A stretch of DNA of 64,000 nucleotides from an uncultured Caldilineales bacterium (GTDB lineage Bacteria; Chloroflexota; Anaerolineae; JAAEKA01). Each line of letters begins with the position of its first letter. Within the stretch, counting starts at the first letter, position 1. The DNA is taken from assembly GCA_937907455.1 (NCBI GenBank), contig CALESQ010000111.1:21454-85453 (forward strand). The letters run 5' to 3'. Shown piece by piece: positions 54,070 through 64,000 of this stretch. The position numbers and the translations under genes are program-made. The notes under the pieces were generated by a model. That model ran no database searches, had not been told where the DNA came from, and was given only the letters and a program-made list of their open reading frames with translations.

Positions 54070-54260
54070 AACGTACCTGCAACGGATGCAAGGCATTGAT
54101 CCAGGGAGAAAACCCGCCGACTTGTCTTCTGGGCTACGCTCAAGTCTACAGCTACCCAAGTCACGAGGAGCACTACGTCCGGCCAGCCGGCCCGGAAAAC
54201 TGCCCTAAACCTACCACCTACTCCGATTTGCTATTCTGGCAAAGACAGCCAGGTCACTGA
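54066..54260 (+). CDS. zinc-ribbon protein (64 aa)
   Basis: ORF track; CNGC..C and CPKP motifs. Confidence 0.45.
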   Translation: MKRTCNGCKALIQGENPPTCLLGYAQVYSYPSHEEHYVRPAGPENCPKPTTYSDLLFWQRQPGH

Positions 54261-54528
54261 ACCCCAGGAAGCCCGCCACGAGTAAGCGAACATACAGCTA
54301 TCGCTGGTGCTATGTCTGTGGGTGTGATGTCAGCGCGGCGGGTGCTGCGTGGGCTGCGCACTGCAAGATGCACGTCAAAGAAGGCAAGATGGTTGCGCTC
54401 CCGTACTATCACCGCACGCGATATGAACCAGCGCCAGGAGTGCCCATCATACCACCGCAAAAACGTCAACCAGCCTAGCCCTTTCCTCACCGGGCGCGGC
54501 GGTGTCCCGGCCCCTGACGACCGCCGAT

Positions 54529-54551
54529 CAAATCCGCAAATTTTGCGACTT
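54529..54551. promoter_or_regulatory. degenerate operator copy 7 followed by an orphan RBS and an ATG-TAA start-stop
   Basis: aaatccgcaaattttgcgacttt; CAAGGAGGCCCGCC then ATGTAA at 54565-54570. Confidence 0.4.
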
Positions 54552-54596
54552 TACCAACCAAGGAGGCCCGCCATGTAACGCCCACCGTTCCACCGC

Positions 54597-54634
54597 ACAA
54601 AAGCCCCGGCTTGTGTCGAGCCGGGGCTTTTGCT
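54597..54634. terminator. bidirectional rho-independent terminator between convergent plus and minus blocks
   Basis: AAAAGCCCCGGCT-TGTGTCG-AGCCGGGGCTTTT. Confidence 0.75.
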
Positions 54635-54684
54635 TGGAGTGGGATCACGCTCCCTTCTGGCCTCGCTTACGCCTGGCCAAGCGC

Positions 54685-54870
54685 TTACACCGAGGGCAGC
54701 GCCGCATCTGGCGCCGCCTGAGCCAGTTGGTTGTTCTCAGTTCGCATCTCCTCCAAAGCCGCCAGCAGATCGTCCAGCGCGGCCAGCATGTCGGTCAGCG
54801 TCCTCGCGTCCAACGGCAACGCCAGCAGGGCCGCGCGAAAAGCCCGGCCGGCAACCACAGCCTTGCGCAT
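54685..54870 (-). CDS. hypothetical protein (61 aa)
   Basis: ORF track. Confidence 0.35.
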   Translation of the reverse strand: MRKAVVAGRAFRAALLALPLDARTLTDMLAALDDLLAALEEMRTENNQLAQAAPDAALPSV

Positions 54871-55545
54871 TTACCACCACCATCCTGCCGCGTCCAGCAA
54901 CTGGGTCCGGGGTATCTTCTTGTCGATCATCGAGAACTGCTTCTGCTTCTGCTGCCGGAGCATCACCGCCGAGTCGTGCGGGCTGCGCTGGAGCCGGTGC
55001 AGGTGCAGGGCGTGGTAGCGCAGACCCGGCGGCGCGTCCCAGTAGAAGAAGTTGCGCGGATCGTTGAACACCACCGGCGCCTCGAAGGGGTAGTCGCCGG
55101 CCCACGCCACGCCGGCCGGCATCACCGCCGCGCGGCTGAACAGGTCGTCTAGCTCCCAATACTCGCCCGTCGCCTCGTCCTGGTCGATGGTCAACATAGC
55201 CGTGAAGCCGAGCTGCCGGCCTTCCGGCATCGGGTTGGCCGCGATCTGCGCCAGCGCCGCCGGGTGGTACAGCTCGTCGCCGTCCACTTGCATGATCCAC
55301 TGGCGGCCCAGCTCTAGCGCGCGCCGTCCCAGGGTGCGCCGGGCCTGGCCCAACTGCGGCGCGCCCAGCGGCCCCAACTCCAGCAGCTCCACGCCGGCCA
55401 CCGACCGGGCCACGTCTCTGGTCGCGTCGGTCGAGCCGGTGTCGCCGACGATGGCTATCCCAAATTGGGATACCAAGGGCCGCAGCACCCGCTCCAGCCA
55501 AATCTCCTCGTTCTTGACAAGCACCACGGGGGCTAAATCAACCAT
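54871..55545 (-). CDS. family-2 glycosyltransferase (GT-A fold)
   Basis: rc ATG 55543-55545; IVGDTGSTDATRD and QVDGDE DxD-type motifs. Confidence 0.6.
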   Translation of the reverse strand: MVDLAPVVLVKNEEIWLERVLRPLVSQFGIAIVGDTGSTDATRDVARSVAGVELLELGPLGAPQLGQARRTLGRRALELGRQWIMQVDGDELYHPAALAQIAANPMPEGRQLGFTAMLTIDQDEATGEYWELDDLFSRAAVMPAGVAWAGDYPFEAPVVFNDPRNFFYWDAPPGLRYHALHLHRLQRSPHDSAVMLRQQKQKQFSMIDKKIPRTQLLDAAGWWW

Positions 55546-55644
55546 CGTGTATATTTCCTCGTGTTCTGAGTGCAAAATCGCTCCTGGGTCGTCCTGGCGT
55601 CCCTGGGGGCAATCTGTAGGGGCTTGAATGCCGCATTCAACCCC

Positions 55645-56118
55645 CTACTTCCCGCATTCCTCGATTACCACCGGGCCGACCGTGTAGGCGTCCTCGCGGC
55701 CGTTGACCGAAACGTGGTCCAGCCAGTACACGCCCGCCGGCAAGTCCGGGATCAGCCGCCGCGCCGTCGTGCGCACCTCCACCGGCCGCACCAGCGGCAG
55801 CTCGTAGCTTCTGGCCGTGGTTTGCAGCGTCACGCCGTCCGCCTCCCGCCGCCACGCCTCGACGACGTGGGCAATCGACGGCAGTTCGTGCGCCAGCACC
55901 AGCACCTCCACCGGAAAGCGCATCTCCTCGCCGGGACAATACGCCGCCTTGTCCGGCGCGTAGATCGCTGAGCCGTACTCAACTACCACCGGCCGGCTTT
56001 GCACGTCCAGCAGGATTGCATACAGCAGCAGCGCCACCGCCGCCATCATCGTCACGATCAGCAGCCCCACCCCGCGCCGCGTCGTCCACAGAGTGCGGGC
56101 AATTGTTACCGGGGTCAT
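55645..56118 (-). CDS. membrane-anchored protein (157 aa, N-terminal TM)
   Basis: rc ATG 56116-56118 after GGAGAG; LLIVTMMAAVALLLYAILL. Confidence 0.45.
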   Translation of the reverse strand: MTPVTIARTLWTTRRGVGLLIVTMMAAVALLLYAILLDVQSRPVVVEYGSAIYAPDKAAYCPGEEMRFPVEVLVLAHELPSIAHVVEAWRREADGVTLQTTARSYELPLVRPVEVRTTARRLIPDLPAGVYWLDHVSVNGREDAYTVGPVVIEECGK

Positions 56119-57032
56119 CGTGATCTCTCCATCGTCACCGCCGCCATGCGCAGGCACAGCACGGCCAGCAACAACAGCACCGCCTCGAACATCGTGCCCA
56201 TCCACCAGGGCGTGAAGAGCACGGTGCGCGTCTGGAGGATGAAGAGCAGGCTCGCGCCGAAGAACAGCACCGTCGCCGCGCACCAGCGCCAGAACCACAC
56301 CTGCCAGGGCGGATTGATGCGCCGCTCCAACGCGCTGACCCTGCCGTCCAGGCCCAGGAAACGATCCTCCAGCTCGTTCAGCGTCGCGTGGCACTCGTGG
56401 ATGATGCGCAGCGCCTCCTGCGGGTGGCCGGCGTTGACCGCGTCCTGAAGCTGGCGCACTTGCGCGCCCAGCTCGTTGGTCGCCGACTTGCTGTCCGGCA
56501 TGAACAACTGCGGCGCGGCCCGGTTGCTGGTGTCGCTCACGCCGATGGCGGCCAGGCCGATGCGGTGCGCCGCGCGCACCGTCTCGCCGCCCAGCAGCGC
56601 GTGCAGCAGCGCCACGTCGTAATCGACCGCCGCCGTGTCTGAGATGCCGCTGGCCATCGCCACGAGCTGGATGCCTTCAGCCGGCAGCACGTCGGCGAAA
56701 CTCTCCCAGCCGGCCCGCTGCCCGCTGTCGCACACGCTCAGGATCACCAGCGTGGCGCCGCTGGTCTTGATCTCGCTGGCCAGCCAGTGCGGCTCGACAT
56801 CCTTGCCGCCTGGCAGCAGCAGCCGGCCGTTTTTGCCGTGGCCGCTCCACAGCACCACGTCGTAGTTGCCGCGCCGCAGCCGGTTCTGCACCCGCTCAGG
56901 CGTTACAAGCGGCCCGGTCAGTGGCTCCACAGTCAGCCCCTCCACGTCGCCCAGGCGCGTCAGCTCTGAGGTCTGCGCCAGCGCCGGCAGCCCGGCGATC
57001 TCCGGCGCAATGACCAGCGCGGAGAGCGTCAT
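56115..57032 (-). CDS. CHAT-domain (caspase-like His-Cys) peptidase with C-terminal TM helices
   Basis: VVLWSGHGKNG (His) and LVILSVCDSG (Cys) dyad; C-terminal VLFFGASLLFIL..LLLLAVLCL. Confidence 0.55.
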   Translation of the reverse strand: MTLSALVIAPEIAGLPALAQTSELTRLGDVEGLTVEPLTGPLVTPERVQNRLRRGNYDVVLWSGHGKNGRLLLPGGKDVEPHWLASEIKTSGATLVILSVCDSGQRAGWESFADVLPAEGIQLVAMASGISDTAAVDYDVALLHALLGGETVRAAHRIGLAAIGVSDTSNRAAPQLFMPDSKSATNELGAQVRQLQDAVNAGHPQEALRIIHECHATLNELEDRFLGLDGRVSALERRINPPWQVWFWRWCAATVLFFGASLLFILQTRTVLFTPWWMGTMFEAVLLLLAVLCLRMAAVTMERSR

Positions 57033-57295
57033 AGACCCCTCTCGCGCCAGTAGCGCCGCATACTGCCCCAGATCATCGGGCTGCCGCACGCCACGAAGAC
57101 CAGCAGCGCCAGCACGAACGTGCGCAGGTCCGTCAGCAGCAGCAGGCCCACCAGCGCAATGCCCACGCCGCCCACCACCAGCCAGGCCGTCACGCCGTGG
57201 GCGCGCGGCAGTTGCGCCTGCACGTACTCGACCAGCTCGTTGTACAGCAAGCCGGCGACGAACATCAGCGCCAGCACCAACCAGACAGGGATCAT
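57029..57295 (-). CDS. small integral membrane protein (88 aa, 3 TM)
   Basis: rc ATG 57293-57295; MIPVWLVLALMFVAGLL... Confidence 0.45.
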   Translation of the reverse strand: MIPVWLVLALMFVAGLLYNELVEYVQAQLPRAHGVTAWLVVGGVGIALVGLLLLTDLRTFVLALLVFVACGSPMIWGSMRRYWRERGL

Positions 57296-57306
57296 CAATG
57301 TCGCTC

Positions 57307-60300
57307 CTATGGCGATGGGGTCAGCGTTGGAGTCGGGGCCGCCGCCCAGTAGGAATTGCCCAGGCCCATCGTGGGCCAGCGCTGCTCGATCCACGTCGGC
57401 GCGCCGTCGTACAGCCGCGCCAGGCAGTGGTCGGGATTGACCAGCTGCCAGGATAGCGTATCGACCGCCGTCCAGGGCGTTGTGTTGCCGTTGAACAGCG
57501 TCACCTCGCCGCGCTGGTTGGAGAGCGTCACGCCGTCCAGCTCCTGGTAGAACACCAACCGCTCGCCTGCGTCCAGTGTCCCGTTCAGCCGCACGCAACG
57601 ATCCCGGCCGCACAGGCGCCAGCCGGTCACGTCCGTCGTGGCCCGCGCCAGCAGCTCGGTCGCGTTATCGTTGCCCAGCGTCCCGTCTGGGAACAGGTCG
57701 ATGCCCTGCATGTTCGGGCAAATCTCGTTCAGCATCACCGCCGGCATGGACGATACCACCGTCGGCGTGGCCGTTGCGGTCGGCGTTCGTGTTGGCGTCG
57801 CGGTGGCGGTCCCGGTGGGCGCGCTGGTCGCCGTCGGCGTGCTCGTTGCCCCACCCGGCGTGTTGGACGGCACGACCGTCGGCGTTCGGGTTGGGGTAGG
57901 CGTCAATGTCGGCGTGTTGGTCGGGGTGGGCGTGGGCGTGCTCGAAGCCAGCGGCGTGGCCGTGGGGGAGGCCGTCCAGGTCGCGGTCGGCGTGCTGCCG
58001 GCGGCGCTGGCCGAAACGAGCAGGCTGGGCAGGTTGCCCGTCGAGTTGTTCTGCGTGTTGAGGTAATAATCGACGTTGCAGTACCCTGACGGGTTGGGCG
58101 TGCAGACCGGCTGTAGCTTGATGTTGAGACCCTGGTACGTCATCAGGTTGGTCACGTCGAAGGTCAGGCGCGAGCCTACATCGGCGCTCGTGATCGGCAC
58201 CGGCGTCCCGCATGTCCCCACGTCGTTGGCCCCGTAGGCGCCCGGCGTCTGCCAGGCTGAGCCGGCGGCGTAGCTGTTCCAGGTCGCGCCCGCCTCCGTC
58301 CAGGCCCGCTTGATCTGGCAGGGGATGACGTACATCGTCGCCGGCCCGCCGCTGTTGACGTAATAAGACAAGCCGGCAAAGCCGAAGGCCACGTCGGTGG
58401 GGAAGGTCAGGTCAACGTCCACCAGCCCCTGCTTGGCCGTGCTGGGCGCGTAGGTCGGCATCGGCGTGTTGCGCAGCGTCCCCGCCGACAGGTTGACGTA
58501 CTGGTTGAAACCGTAGTTCGTGTCGCTCACCTGGCTGTTGATGTACGTGTCCTGCCAGTTATTGTTCGGCACAACGGTCTGCGCCCAGACGCTGCCGGCC
58601 GTCGGGGTGGCCGTCGGCGCAGCCGCGGTCGGCGTGGGCGGCGTGCCAGGCGTCCATGTGGGCGTGGGTGTGGGCGCGCCAGGATAGGTTGCGTCAACTT
58701 CCAGCTTCACCTTCTGAATGATCAGATTGCCGCCGCTGGTGCCGTCTCGCAGGTAGATGTCGCTCGCGCCGACCAGCGAGTTGGTGAGCGAGCAGGAAAG
58801 CTCAGTCTGCACCGTGACCCACTGCCCGGTGTTGGTCTTCGTAATCTCTGCGCTATCTGCTGAGCAACCGACTGTGAAGGAGGCCGTCCCCACGTCGGCA
58901 TAGGTGGTGTAGACCTGCACCAGCGAAGAGCCGTAGAAGAAGTCGTCGCTGACCCGGAAATACATATAAGGGTTGCCTGCCGTGGTCTTGCGGGCGTAGC
59001 GATTGCGCGGGTCGCACGATGGCACGCTTTGCAGATCCTGGCCTGCACACGCGATTTGCGGGATGGCGTCGTAGGCCGGGGCCGTGACGCTGCCCGCAAT
59101 CGCCGGCAGCGTGCTGGCCGGCAGGTTGCACGACTGGTTGGCCGGCCTCGACCCTTGCGTCATCACAAGCTCCAGGCCGCGCTCGAAGTTGCCGCACTTG
59201 GGCCGCCACGCAAACTGGCTCTCGCGCTGGTAGGAGACCACAAAGGGTAGCTCGTTGTCCTGTTTGTCGCCTAACTCCATGAATTCGGTCATGATCTCGG
59301 CCACCTGGGTGTTGGTGTACGGTACCCGGTAGGAGTAGATCGACCCCGGCACAGGCTCGAAATTGACCTTGAGGATGCTGATCCGGTTGGCGATGGCGTT
59401 GGCGACCGACCAGTACAACTGCTCTTCCAGATTGGTCTGGTTGGGCACTGGAGGGTTGTTGGGCGGGTTGGAGTTGCCGTAAGCCCAGCTATCCTGCGCC
59501 TCGGCCAGGCCGAAGCTCTCCGTCCCCATCAGTGGGAAGCCGTCATACTGGCCGTAGCGCCCGTTGGGCCAGTAGGAGTACCAGTCGTCGCCGTCGTCCA
59601 GCAGCTTGTTGTGGCTGATCCCCGCGCCGTTGGCGATGGCGTACCCGTTGATGCTCTCACGCACCCACGGTTCAAAACTGTAGTTGGCCGTCATGACGAC
59701 GAGGCGCTGCGTCGCGCCGGCTGCGGTAAACGCGTCCACCCATACGTCGATCACCGCCCTGATCGTCGCATCCCAGATGCGCGCGCCGTCGTTGGTGGTG
59801 CAGCCCGTCGCCGCCGTGCAGATCGAGCCGGCGGCAAAGCCCAGGTGCGCCAGGTCGCCGGCATCTGCGTCCGTGTTCATCTGCGCCAGGTGGAAGACGT
59901 TCTCCTCGCTAACGGTGATGCCCAGCTCGCCAAAACGGCCAAAAGGTATCTCGACCCAATCCACGAGCCGACCCTGCGGGTCTTCTGAGAAATGCACAGC
60001 CGCCTCGCTAGCAAAGTCCTCCATCCACGCCAGATACTCAGCGCCCCAGAAGCGGGGGACGCGGTGATAGTCCGCGCCGCTGCCAAAAATCTTGTAGTAA
60101 TAGACGCCCTCGTCGGCTGCCTCCAGATAGTCCGACGGCAGCCACACGTAGTCGTTGGGCGCCCACGTCCCGATCCCCCAGGAGATTGACGTAAAGCCCA
60201 CGCCGATGTCGAAGCCGAACGTGTTCTTGGTTCGGTCGGCCCAGTTGTCGAAGCGGCCCCAACTGAACACCCCGGCTGTGGGGTTGATCTCGTTCATCTC

Positions 60301-60516
60301 GATGCGGTCAAAGCTGCCGGTCTTGAACTGCGCGTAGGAGGCTCCGTTGCTTGGCCGGTAGTCCTCGAACTCGTAGAAGCCAGCCGGCGCGCCTTCTGCC
60401 ATGATCGAGACGCCATCCATTTTAGGCGGGATGGTATCGTCCGGCTCGCTCGCGCAGCGCGCCAGCAGCGCCACCGCCAGCAGCGCCAGCAGCAAAACAG
60501 GCAGCTTTCGTCTCAC
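57307..60516 (-). CDS. large secreted lipoprotein (1069 aa) with Pro/Thr-rich linkers, DNRLRE-like beta-sandwich region and C-terminal lamin-tail-like domain; possible carbohydrate-active/surface protein
   Basis: signal plus lipobox [13 protein letters not shown]; PTPTPT linkers; [12 protein letters not shown]; [18 protein letters not shown]-like. Confidence 0.6.
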   Translation of the reverse strand: MRRKLPVLLLALLAVALLARCASEPDDTIPPKMDGVSIMAEGAPAGFYEFEDYRPSNGASYAQFKTGSFDRIEMNEINPTAGVFSWGRFDNWADRTKNTFGFDIGVGFTSISWGIGTWAPNDYVWLPSDYLEAADEGVYYYKIFGSGADYHRVPRFWGAEYLAWMEDFASEAAVHFSEDPQGRLVDWVEIPFGRFGELGITVSEENVFHLAQMNTDADAGDLAHLGFAAGSICTAATGCTTNDGARIWDATIRAVIDVWVDAFTAAGATQRLVVMTANYSFEPWVRESINGYAIANGAGISHNKLLDDGDDWYSYWPNGRYGQYDGFPLMGTESFGLAEAQDSWAYGNSNPPNNPPVPNQTNLEEQLYWSVANAIANRISILKVNFEPVPGSIYSYRVPYTNTQVAEIMTEFMELGDKQDNELPFVVSYQRESQFAWRPKCGNFERGLELVMTQGSRPANQSCNLPASTLPAIAGSVTAPAYDAIPQIACAGQDLQSVPSCDPRNRYARKTTAGNPYMYFRVSDDFFYGSSLVQVYTTYADVGTASFTVGCSADSAEITKTNTGQWVTVQTELSCSLTNSLVGASDIYLRDGTSGGNLIIQKVKLEVDATYPGAPTPTPTWTPGTPPTPTAAAPTATPTAGSVWAQTVVPNNNWQDTYINSQVSDTNYGFNQYVNLSAGTLRNTPMPTYAPSTAKQGLVDVDLTFPTDVAFGFAGLSYYVNSGGPATMYVIPCQIKRAWTEAGATWNSYAAGSAWQTPGAYGANDVGTCGTPVPITSADVGSRLTFDVTNLMTYQGLNIKLQPVCTPNPSGYCNVDYYLNTQNNSTGNLPSLLVSASAAGSTPTATWTASPTATPLASSTPTPTPTNTPTLTPTPTRTPTVVPSNTPGGATSTPTATSAPTGTATATPTRTPTATATPTVVSSMPAVMLNEICPNMQGIDLFPDGTLGNDNATELLARATTDVTGWRLCGRDRCVRLNGTLDAGERLVFYQELDGVTLSNQRGEVTLFNGNTTPWTAVDTLSWQLVNPDHCLARLYDGAPTWIEQRWPTMGLGNSYWAAAPTPTLTPSP

Positions 60517-60716
60517 AATCCGCCTCCTATCGGCAGGTTCTTCAGCACCTCGATCAACTGCGCCACCTGCCGCCAGCGCATCGGCGCCACCATGATTTTA
60601 CCCGTCTCGTCCGCCCACACCAGCGGCTGCACCCTGACCTGCTCAGGCGCTGTAGCCTCCGGCGCGCCGGTCTCATCTGTCGTCGTGTCTGTCTTCTTCA
60701 TCGTTCTGCCTCTCAT
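60513..60716 (-). CDS. hypothetical protein (67 aa)
   Basis: ORF track. Confidence 0.4.
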   Translation of the reverse strand: MRGRTMKKTDTTTDETGAPEATAPEQVRVQPLVWADETGKIMVAPMRWRQVAQLIEVLKNLPIGGGL

Positions 60717-63181
60717 GCAGTGCTCTTGATAGCCCAGTTCGCGCCCAGCCGTCGAATCGTCACAGTCTGGTACTGAGCCGTCAGAATGTAGGACGCCGCG
60801 CCGTTGATGGTTGCCGCGCCGTCCGGCTCAATCGCAACCTCGTTCGCGCCGCTGTCGCTCTTGTGGAACGTATATTCCCAATTGCGTGGCTTGGAGGTTG
60901 CGGCTGGTAGATTGATCGTGATCTTGCCGCTCGTCGCGTCGCAGGTATAGAAACGCACGTTGCCGGCCGTCATGCCGCTGTCGCTGCTGTCCACCGCTTC
61001 CCAGCCGGTAGCATCGCCAGCCAGCGCAACCGGCACCCAATAGCCTCCATACCATATGTACACGCCAGCGCCAGCCCCCGGTTCGTAGGTGCCGTTGCTA
61101 TGCAGCAGCCCGCCGTTCTGGATCGTCCCTCCTGGTATGGTTGCGGCAGTGTAGGGCATCGGGTAGATGATCTCGGCGCTCAGGTCAATGCGCGTGTGTG
61201 TGAACGGCGCCGTACCTTCCGCTCGATAGGCCCACAGGTCGATGTACGTCATTTGCTGGTTGGCCGTGTCGTAGCCGCCCACCGCGCGCACGCGGGCACT
61301 GGCCTGGTAGTCGCCCAGCGCGCTCAGCATGGCGCGCGCCCGCTTGCCGGTCAGCGGCTGCGCTTGCAGCAGCAGGATGTGCTCCTCCGGCGTGCCGCCG
61401 TTGTTGATCGCGCTGATCCGGTGGCTAGAGTGATCGTCCGTGGGGCTGGTCCAGAAGGAAACCATCCGGCTCTCGCCGTACTCCTCGCCTGTCACCTCTG
61501 GGTCCTCCGACTCTGGGGTGAAGAACTGCAACCCCTCGGTCGTGTCCAGCCGGATCGCGCCGCTCGGAGACGCCAGCATAGCCGTCCTGATGGCCCAGCC
61601 GCCCACACTCCCCTCGCCGGTGTAGACTTGGCCGGTGAAATGGCCGTCGCCGTTGTAGTCCAGGTAAACCACCGGCGTATCGCCGTTGAACAGGCCCACC
61701 CTGCCCAGCGCGCCGCGCTCGGTGCGAAAGTTGCGAAAGTCCGGGTCGCCGCGCATCATCGTGCCGGCCAGCCAGGTCTTCCACACGCCCGACCCTGGCC
61801 GGTTCTCCAGCGTCAGCGGCCCCCAGGCGTCCACCGCCGACAGGTATTGCGCGCCCAGCCCGTCCACCGAGTAGCCGGCTATGCCGCGGCTGGTGATCAC
61901 GCCCCGCCGCTGTGGGTCGTCCGGGTCGGTGATGACGAACTGCCCGTCGCTCTCGAAAATCAGCGTCCCCTTGACCACCGCCGACTCCATGATGACCGTG
62001 CCATCCATGATCAGCACGCCCGTCTCGTCGTCGTAGCTGACCGAGTTTGCCTGCGGTGGGGGGTTGCCGATGTAGGCATGGACCCCGCCCGTCTCGGTAT
62101 TGCGCAGCACCGCCTTGGCCACGCCGGCCTCGTTGCGCAGCGCAAACGTCGCCCGGTTGTTCACTTCGCCCAAGTCTATCCTGGCGCCCATCGCGTCGCC
62201 GATAGTGAACAGGTCTCGCAGATAGCTGTGCTCTGGCGTGATCTCGATAATCGGGCTGGCCCCACGGTACACCCCCCAGCGCTCGTTTGTCCCGTCGAAG
62301 GTGTTGTGAACGCCCTCCAGCGGGCCGAAGTCGTAGTCGCCGGCCAGCCGCTCGTTTTCGTCCTTGCCAAAAATGCGCACGCGGTCTTTGCCGTCGGAAT
62401 CAGCCACAACGATGTTTGTGTTGCGCAGCAGCAACTCCTCGCGCGTGGCCGAATACATCACATACGTGTCATAGTTGCTCAGGTCGCCGAACGCCATGCC
62501 AAACTCGTCCGTCGTCACGCCGGCCACCCCGTTCAGGTTGCCCAGACGGAAAACGCGCTCTTGTCTGGTGGGCGGGCTGTCGGTCCAGTAGGCCGCGGTC
62601 ATGTTCGGCGCGGCGTTCGAGTTGGCGTGCCGGTTGTCAATCGAGATGTAGCCGATCTCGGTCAGGCCGTTGATCAGCGTCGATACGGCCCACCCCGTCA
62701 CCAGGCCGGCCGGGCTGGTAAATACCCGCCGCGTCACCGGGTAGCGATAGCACACGCCCCCGCCGGGGCACGAGACCACCGTCGCTGCCGCCGTCACCCG
62801 CATGAACTCGATCTGGCCGGCCGTGTCGCTCACCGCCGCCTGCTCGCCCACCGCAAAGATGTCATCGGCCACGGTGATGAGTGTGCCGGTCGCGGTGAGC
62901 GCCGCGGTCAGGTGCGTTGAGTGGGTGAAAACCGTCCAGCCCGTGCGGGCGATGGTATCGGCCGCTTGCAAGTTGCCTATCGAAGACAGGGCAAGCTCCA
63001 CGTCCTCTCCCAGCTCCTGCAACGCGTTCTCGACCTCCAGCGCGTCGAAATAGGCGCCGGTATCCACAATGGGTACATCGACCGCCATTACCAGGCGCGA
63101 CGAGGCGTGTACGCCAGGAGACGCCACTGCGGGGCTGGTGGGGATGCTATCAATGCGGCGGCGAAGATCAGCTTTTGGCAC
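60713..63181 (-). CDS. putative phage tail fibre / host-specificity protein (822 aa)
   Basis: large Gly/Thr-rich beta-type protein; context with the following tail-like gene. Confidence 0.45.
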   Translation of the reverse strand: MPKADLRRRIDSIPTSPAVASPGVHASSRLVMAVDVPIVDTGAYFDALEVENALQELGEDVELALSSIGNLQAADTIARTGWTVFTHSTHLTAALTATGTLITVADDIFAVGEQAAVSDTAGQIEFMRVTAAATVVSCPGGGVCYRYPVTRRVFTSPAGLVTGWAVSTLINGLTEIGYISIDNRHANSNAAPNMTAAYWTDSPPTRQERVFRLGNLNGVAGVTTDEFGMAFGDLSNYDTYVMYSATREELLLRNTNIVVADSDGKDRVRIFGKDENERLAGDYDFGPLEGVHNTFDGTNERWGVYRGASPIIEITPEHSYLRDLFTIGDAMGARIDLGEVNNRATFALRNEAGVAKAVLRNTETGGVHAYIGNPPPQANSVSYDDETGVLIMDGTVIMESAVVKGTLIFESDGQFVITDPDDPQRRGVITSRGIAGYSVDGLGAQYLSAVDAWGPLTLENRPGSGVWKTWLAGTMMRGDPDFRNFRTERGALGRVGLFNGDTPVVYLDYNGDGHFTGQVYTGEGSVGGWAIRTAMLASPSGAIRLDTTEGLQFFTPESEDPEVTGEEYGESRMVSFWTSPTDDHSSHRISAINNGGTPEEHILLLQAQPLTGKRARAMLSALGDYQASARVRAVGGYDTANQQMTYIDLWAYRAEGTAPFTHTRIDLSAEIIYPMPYTAATIPGGTIQNGGLLHSNGTYEPGAGAGVYIWYGGYWVPVALAGDATGWEAVDSSDSGMTAGNVRFYTCDATSGKITINLPAATSKPRNWEYTFHKSDSGANEVAIEPDGAATINGAASYILTAQYQTVTIRRLGANWAIKSTA

Positions 63182-63969
63182 TACGCCTCCTCATCCTCGA
63201 TGGCATAAAGCGCTTCGCGTAGATGGTATTGGGTGCCCGGCCACAAGCCCTCGACGCTCTCCAGGTCTAACGCCAGCCAGCGCTCCGAGGCGTCCGGCAT
63301 TCCCACGGTTTGCTCCTCGCCGCGGTTGTCGAAGACCAGCGTCACGTTGCGCCCGGCGTCGTTGCGGTAGTGCAGGTAGCGGTGCCGGCGCACGCCGTAC
63401 AAGTCGGTGAAAATCGCTCCTGTGCTGGCCTCGCCCTCAGCCGTCACTGGGTTGATGTAGGCGGTCGTCGTCGCGCCTAGCGCCTCTAGGTTGTCCTTGA
63501 TGGTTACAATCTGGCGGGTGCCGGGGCCAGGGTTGGCGTTGCCCCACGCGTAGTCACCGTGTTGCCAGGTCTCGAAGTTGGTCCAACCTGGCAGGGTCTC
63601 GACGGGCGCCGGAGCCTCATACAAATAGTCTAGCCGCAGCGAAACGACATCATCCTCTGTGGTGCTGCCCTGCGACGTGACGGTCAGCACGTACTCCTCG
63701 CCCGGCGTGAGCGTGCCAGGATATGTGTCGAGATCGACCAACCCCGACCACTCGCCGTTGTCAACCGACTGGTCGAAATCCAGCCCTGGGCCGGCGGTGG
63801 TAGGCCGGCCAGTGCGCCGGTGCAGAATGCCCGTGCCGTTGATGCCGATGAAGGTCGAGACCCAGGGGTCGCCGCCGTCGTCGGCGGGGTGGTAGGGCGC
63901 CACCTGGAAGAAGCTGTAGGCCAGGTAGCGGCAGCGGTGGATCATCGTGCCGGCAAATTTGGTCTCCAA
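63181..63969 (-). CDS. putative tail-associated protein; N-terminus may extend beyond the annotated ATG
   Basis: ORF track; minus strand. Confidence 0.4.
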   Translation of the reverse strand: METKFAGTMIHRCRYLAYSFFQVAPYHPADDGGDPWVSTFIGINGTGILHRRTGRPTTAGPGLDFDQSVDNGEWSGLVDLDTYPGTLTPGEEYVLTVTSQGSTTEDDVVSLRLDYLYEAPAPVETLPGWTNFETWQHGDYAWGNANPGPGTRQIVTIKDNLEALGATTTAYINPVTAEGEASTGAIFTDLYGVRRHRYLHYRNDAGRNVTLVFDNRGEEQTVGMPDASERWLALDLESVEGLWPGTQYHLREALYAIEDEEA

Positions 63970-64000
63970 GTGTAGCGCGCCGGGGTTGGCTGGCCTGGCG

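Noticed and set aside
54254-54578. Overlapping ORFs 54254..54490 (-) and 54312..54578 (+), and an unlisted Cys/His-rich frame
   Set aside because: None has a convincing start and RBS, and the translations are Arg-rich or compositionally odd. Left unannotated.
1-64000. Integrase/attachment site and cas1/cas2 adaptation genes
   Set aside because: No tyrosine or serine recombinase and no Cas1/Cas2-like ORFs could be recognised in any frame. Their absence is noted, not assumed to hold outside the window.

Overview
High-GC (~65-70%) window that is phage-derived throughout (temperate phage or phage-plasmid; no integrase seen). Left to right: (1) a large portal/head-morphogenesis-like gene on the minus strand, cut by the window start. 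(2) A ~13 kb plus-strand block of about 45 small early genes with AAGGAG-type RBS and ATGA/GTGA start-stop overlaps. It is driven by a near-identical ~50-bp promoter cassette (TTGACA-N17-TATAAT-ACTCTTGACGGTAGAGA), several copies followed by a 19-23 bp palindrome AAATCCGCAAATTTTGCGGATTT that I read as an operator (7 copies of the palindrome in the window). (3) A minus-strand block: NAD-dependent epimerase, Com-like zinc finger, a low-GC lysis cassette bounded by perfect 54-bp inverted repeats (two-domain endolysin: GH5-like plus Amidase_2), terminase large subunit carrying a mini-intein, terminase small subunit, an HNH endonuclease in a low-GC patch next to a ParB-N4/N6 methyltransferase, a ParB-like protein, RusA and small lysis-region genes. 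(4) The most notable locus: a compact IscB (OMEGA/proto-Cas9, 425 aa) with an adjacent 4-repeat CRISPR mini-array, a tracr-like anti-repeat and a ~200-nt omega-RNA-like scaffold, all transcribed from a TTGACA-N18-TACAAT promoter. (5) A plus-strand replication/regulation block: a 679-aa methyltransferase with six tandem SPPY modules and an 81-bp intragenic direct repeat, convergent overlapping RHH genes, primase-polymerase, HNH genes, replisome organiser, DnaB-like helicase, an XRE repressor with divergent promoters, an FtsK/SpoIIIE-like translocase, and a patchwork small-gene region with an 81-bp direct repeat and a repeated 5'-UTR hairpin element. (6) A minus-strand block: GT2 glycosyltransferase, membrane-anchored CHAT protease, a 1069-aa lipoprotein with PT linkers, and tail-fibre-like proteins. 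Also present: a tRNA-like element broken by a ~63-nt two-hairpin insert, and several low-GC islands. The ORF track omits ORFs that run off the window edges. Many track ORFs antisense to real genes are high-GC artefacts.
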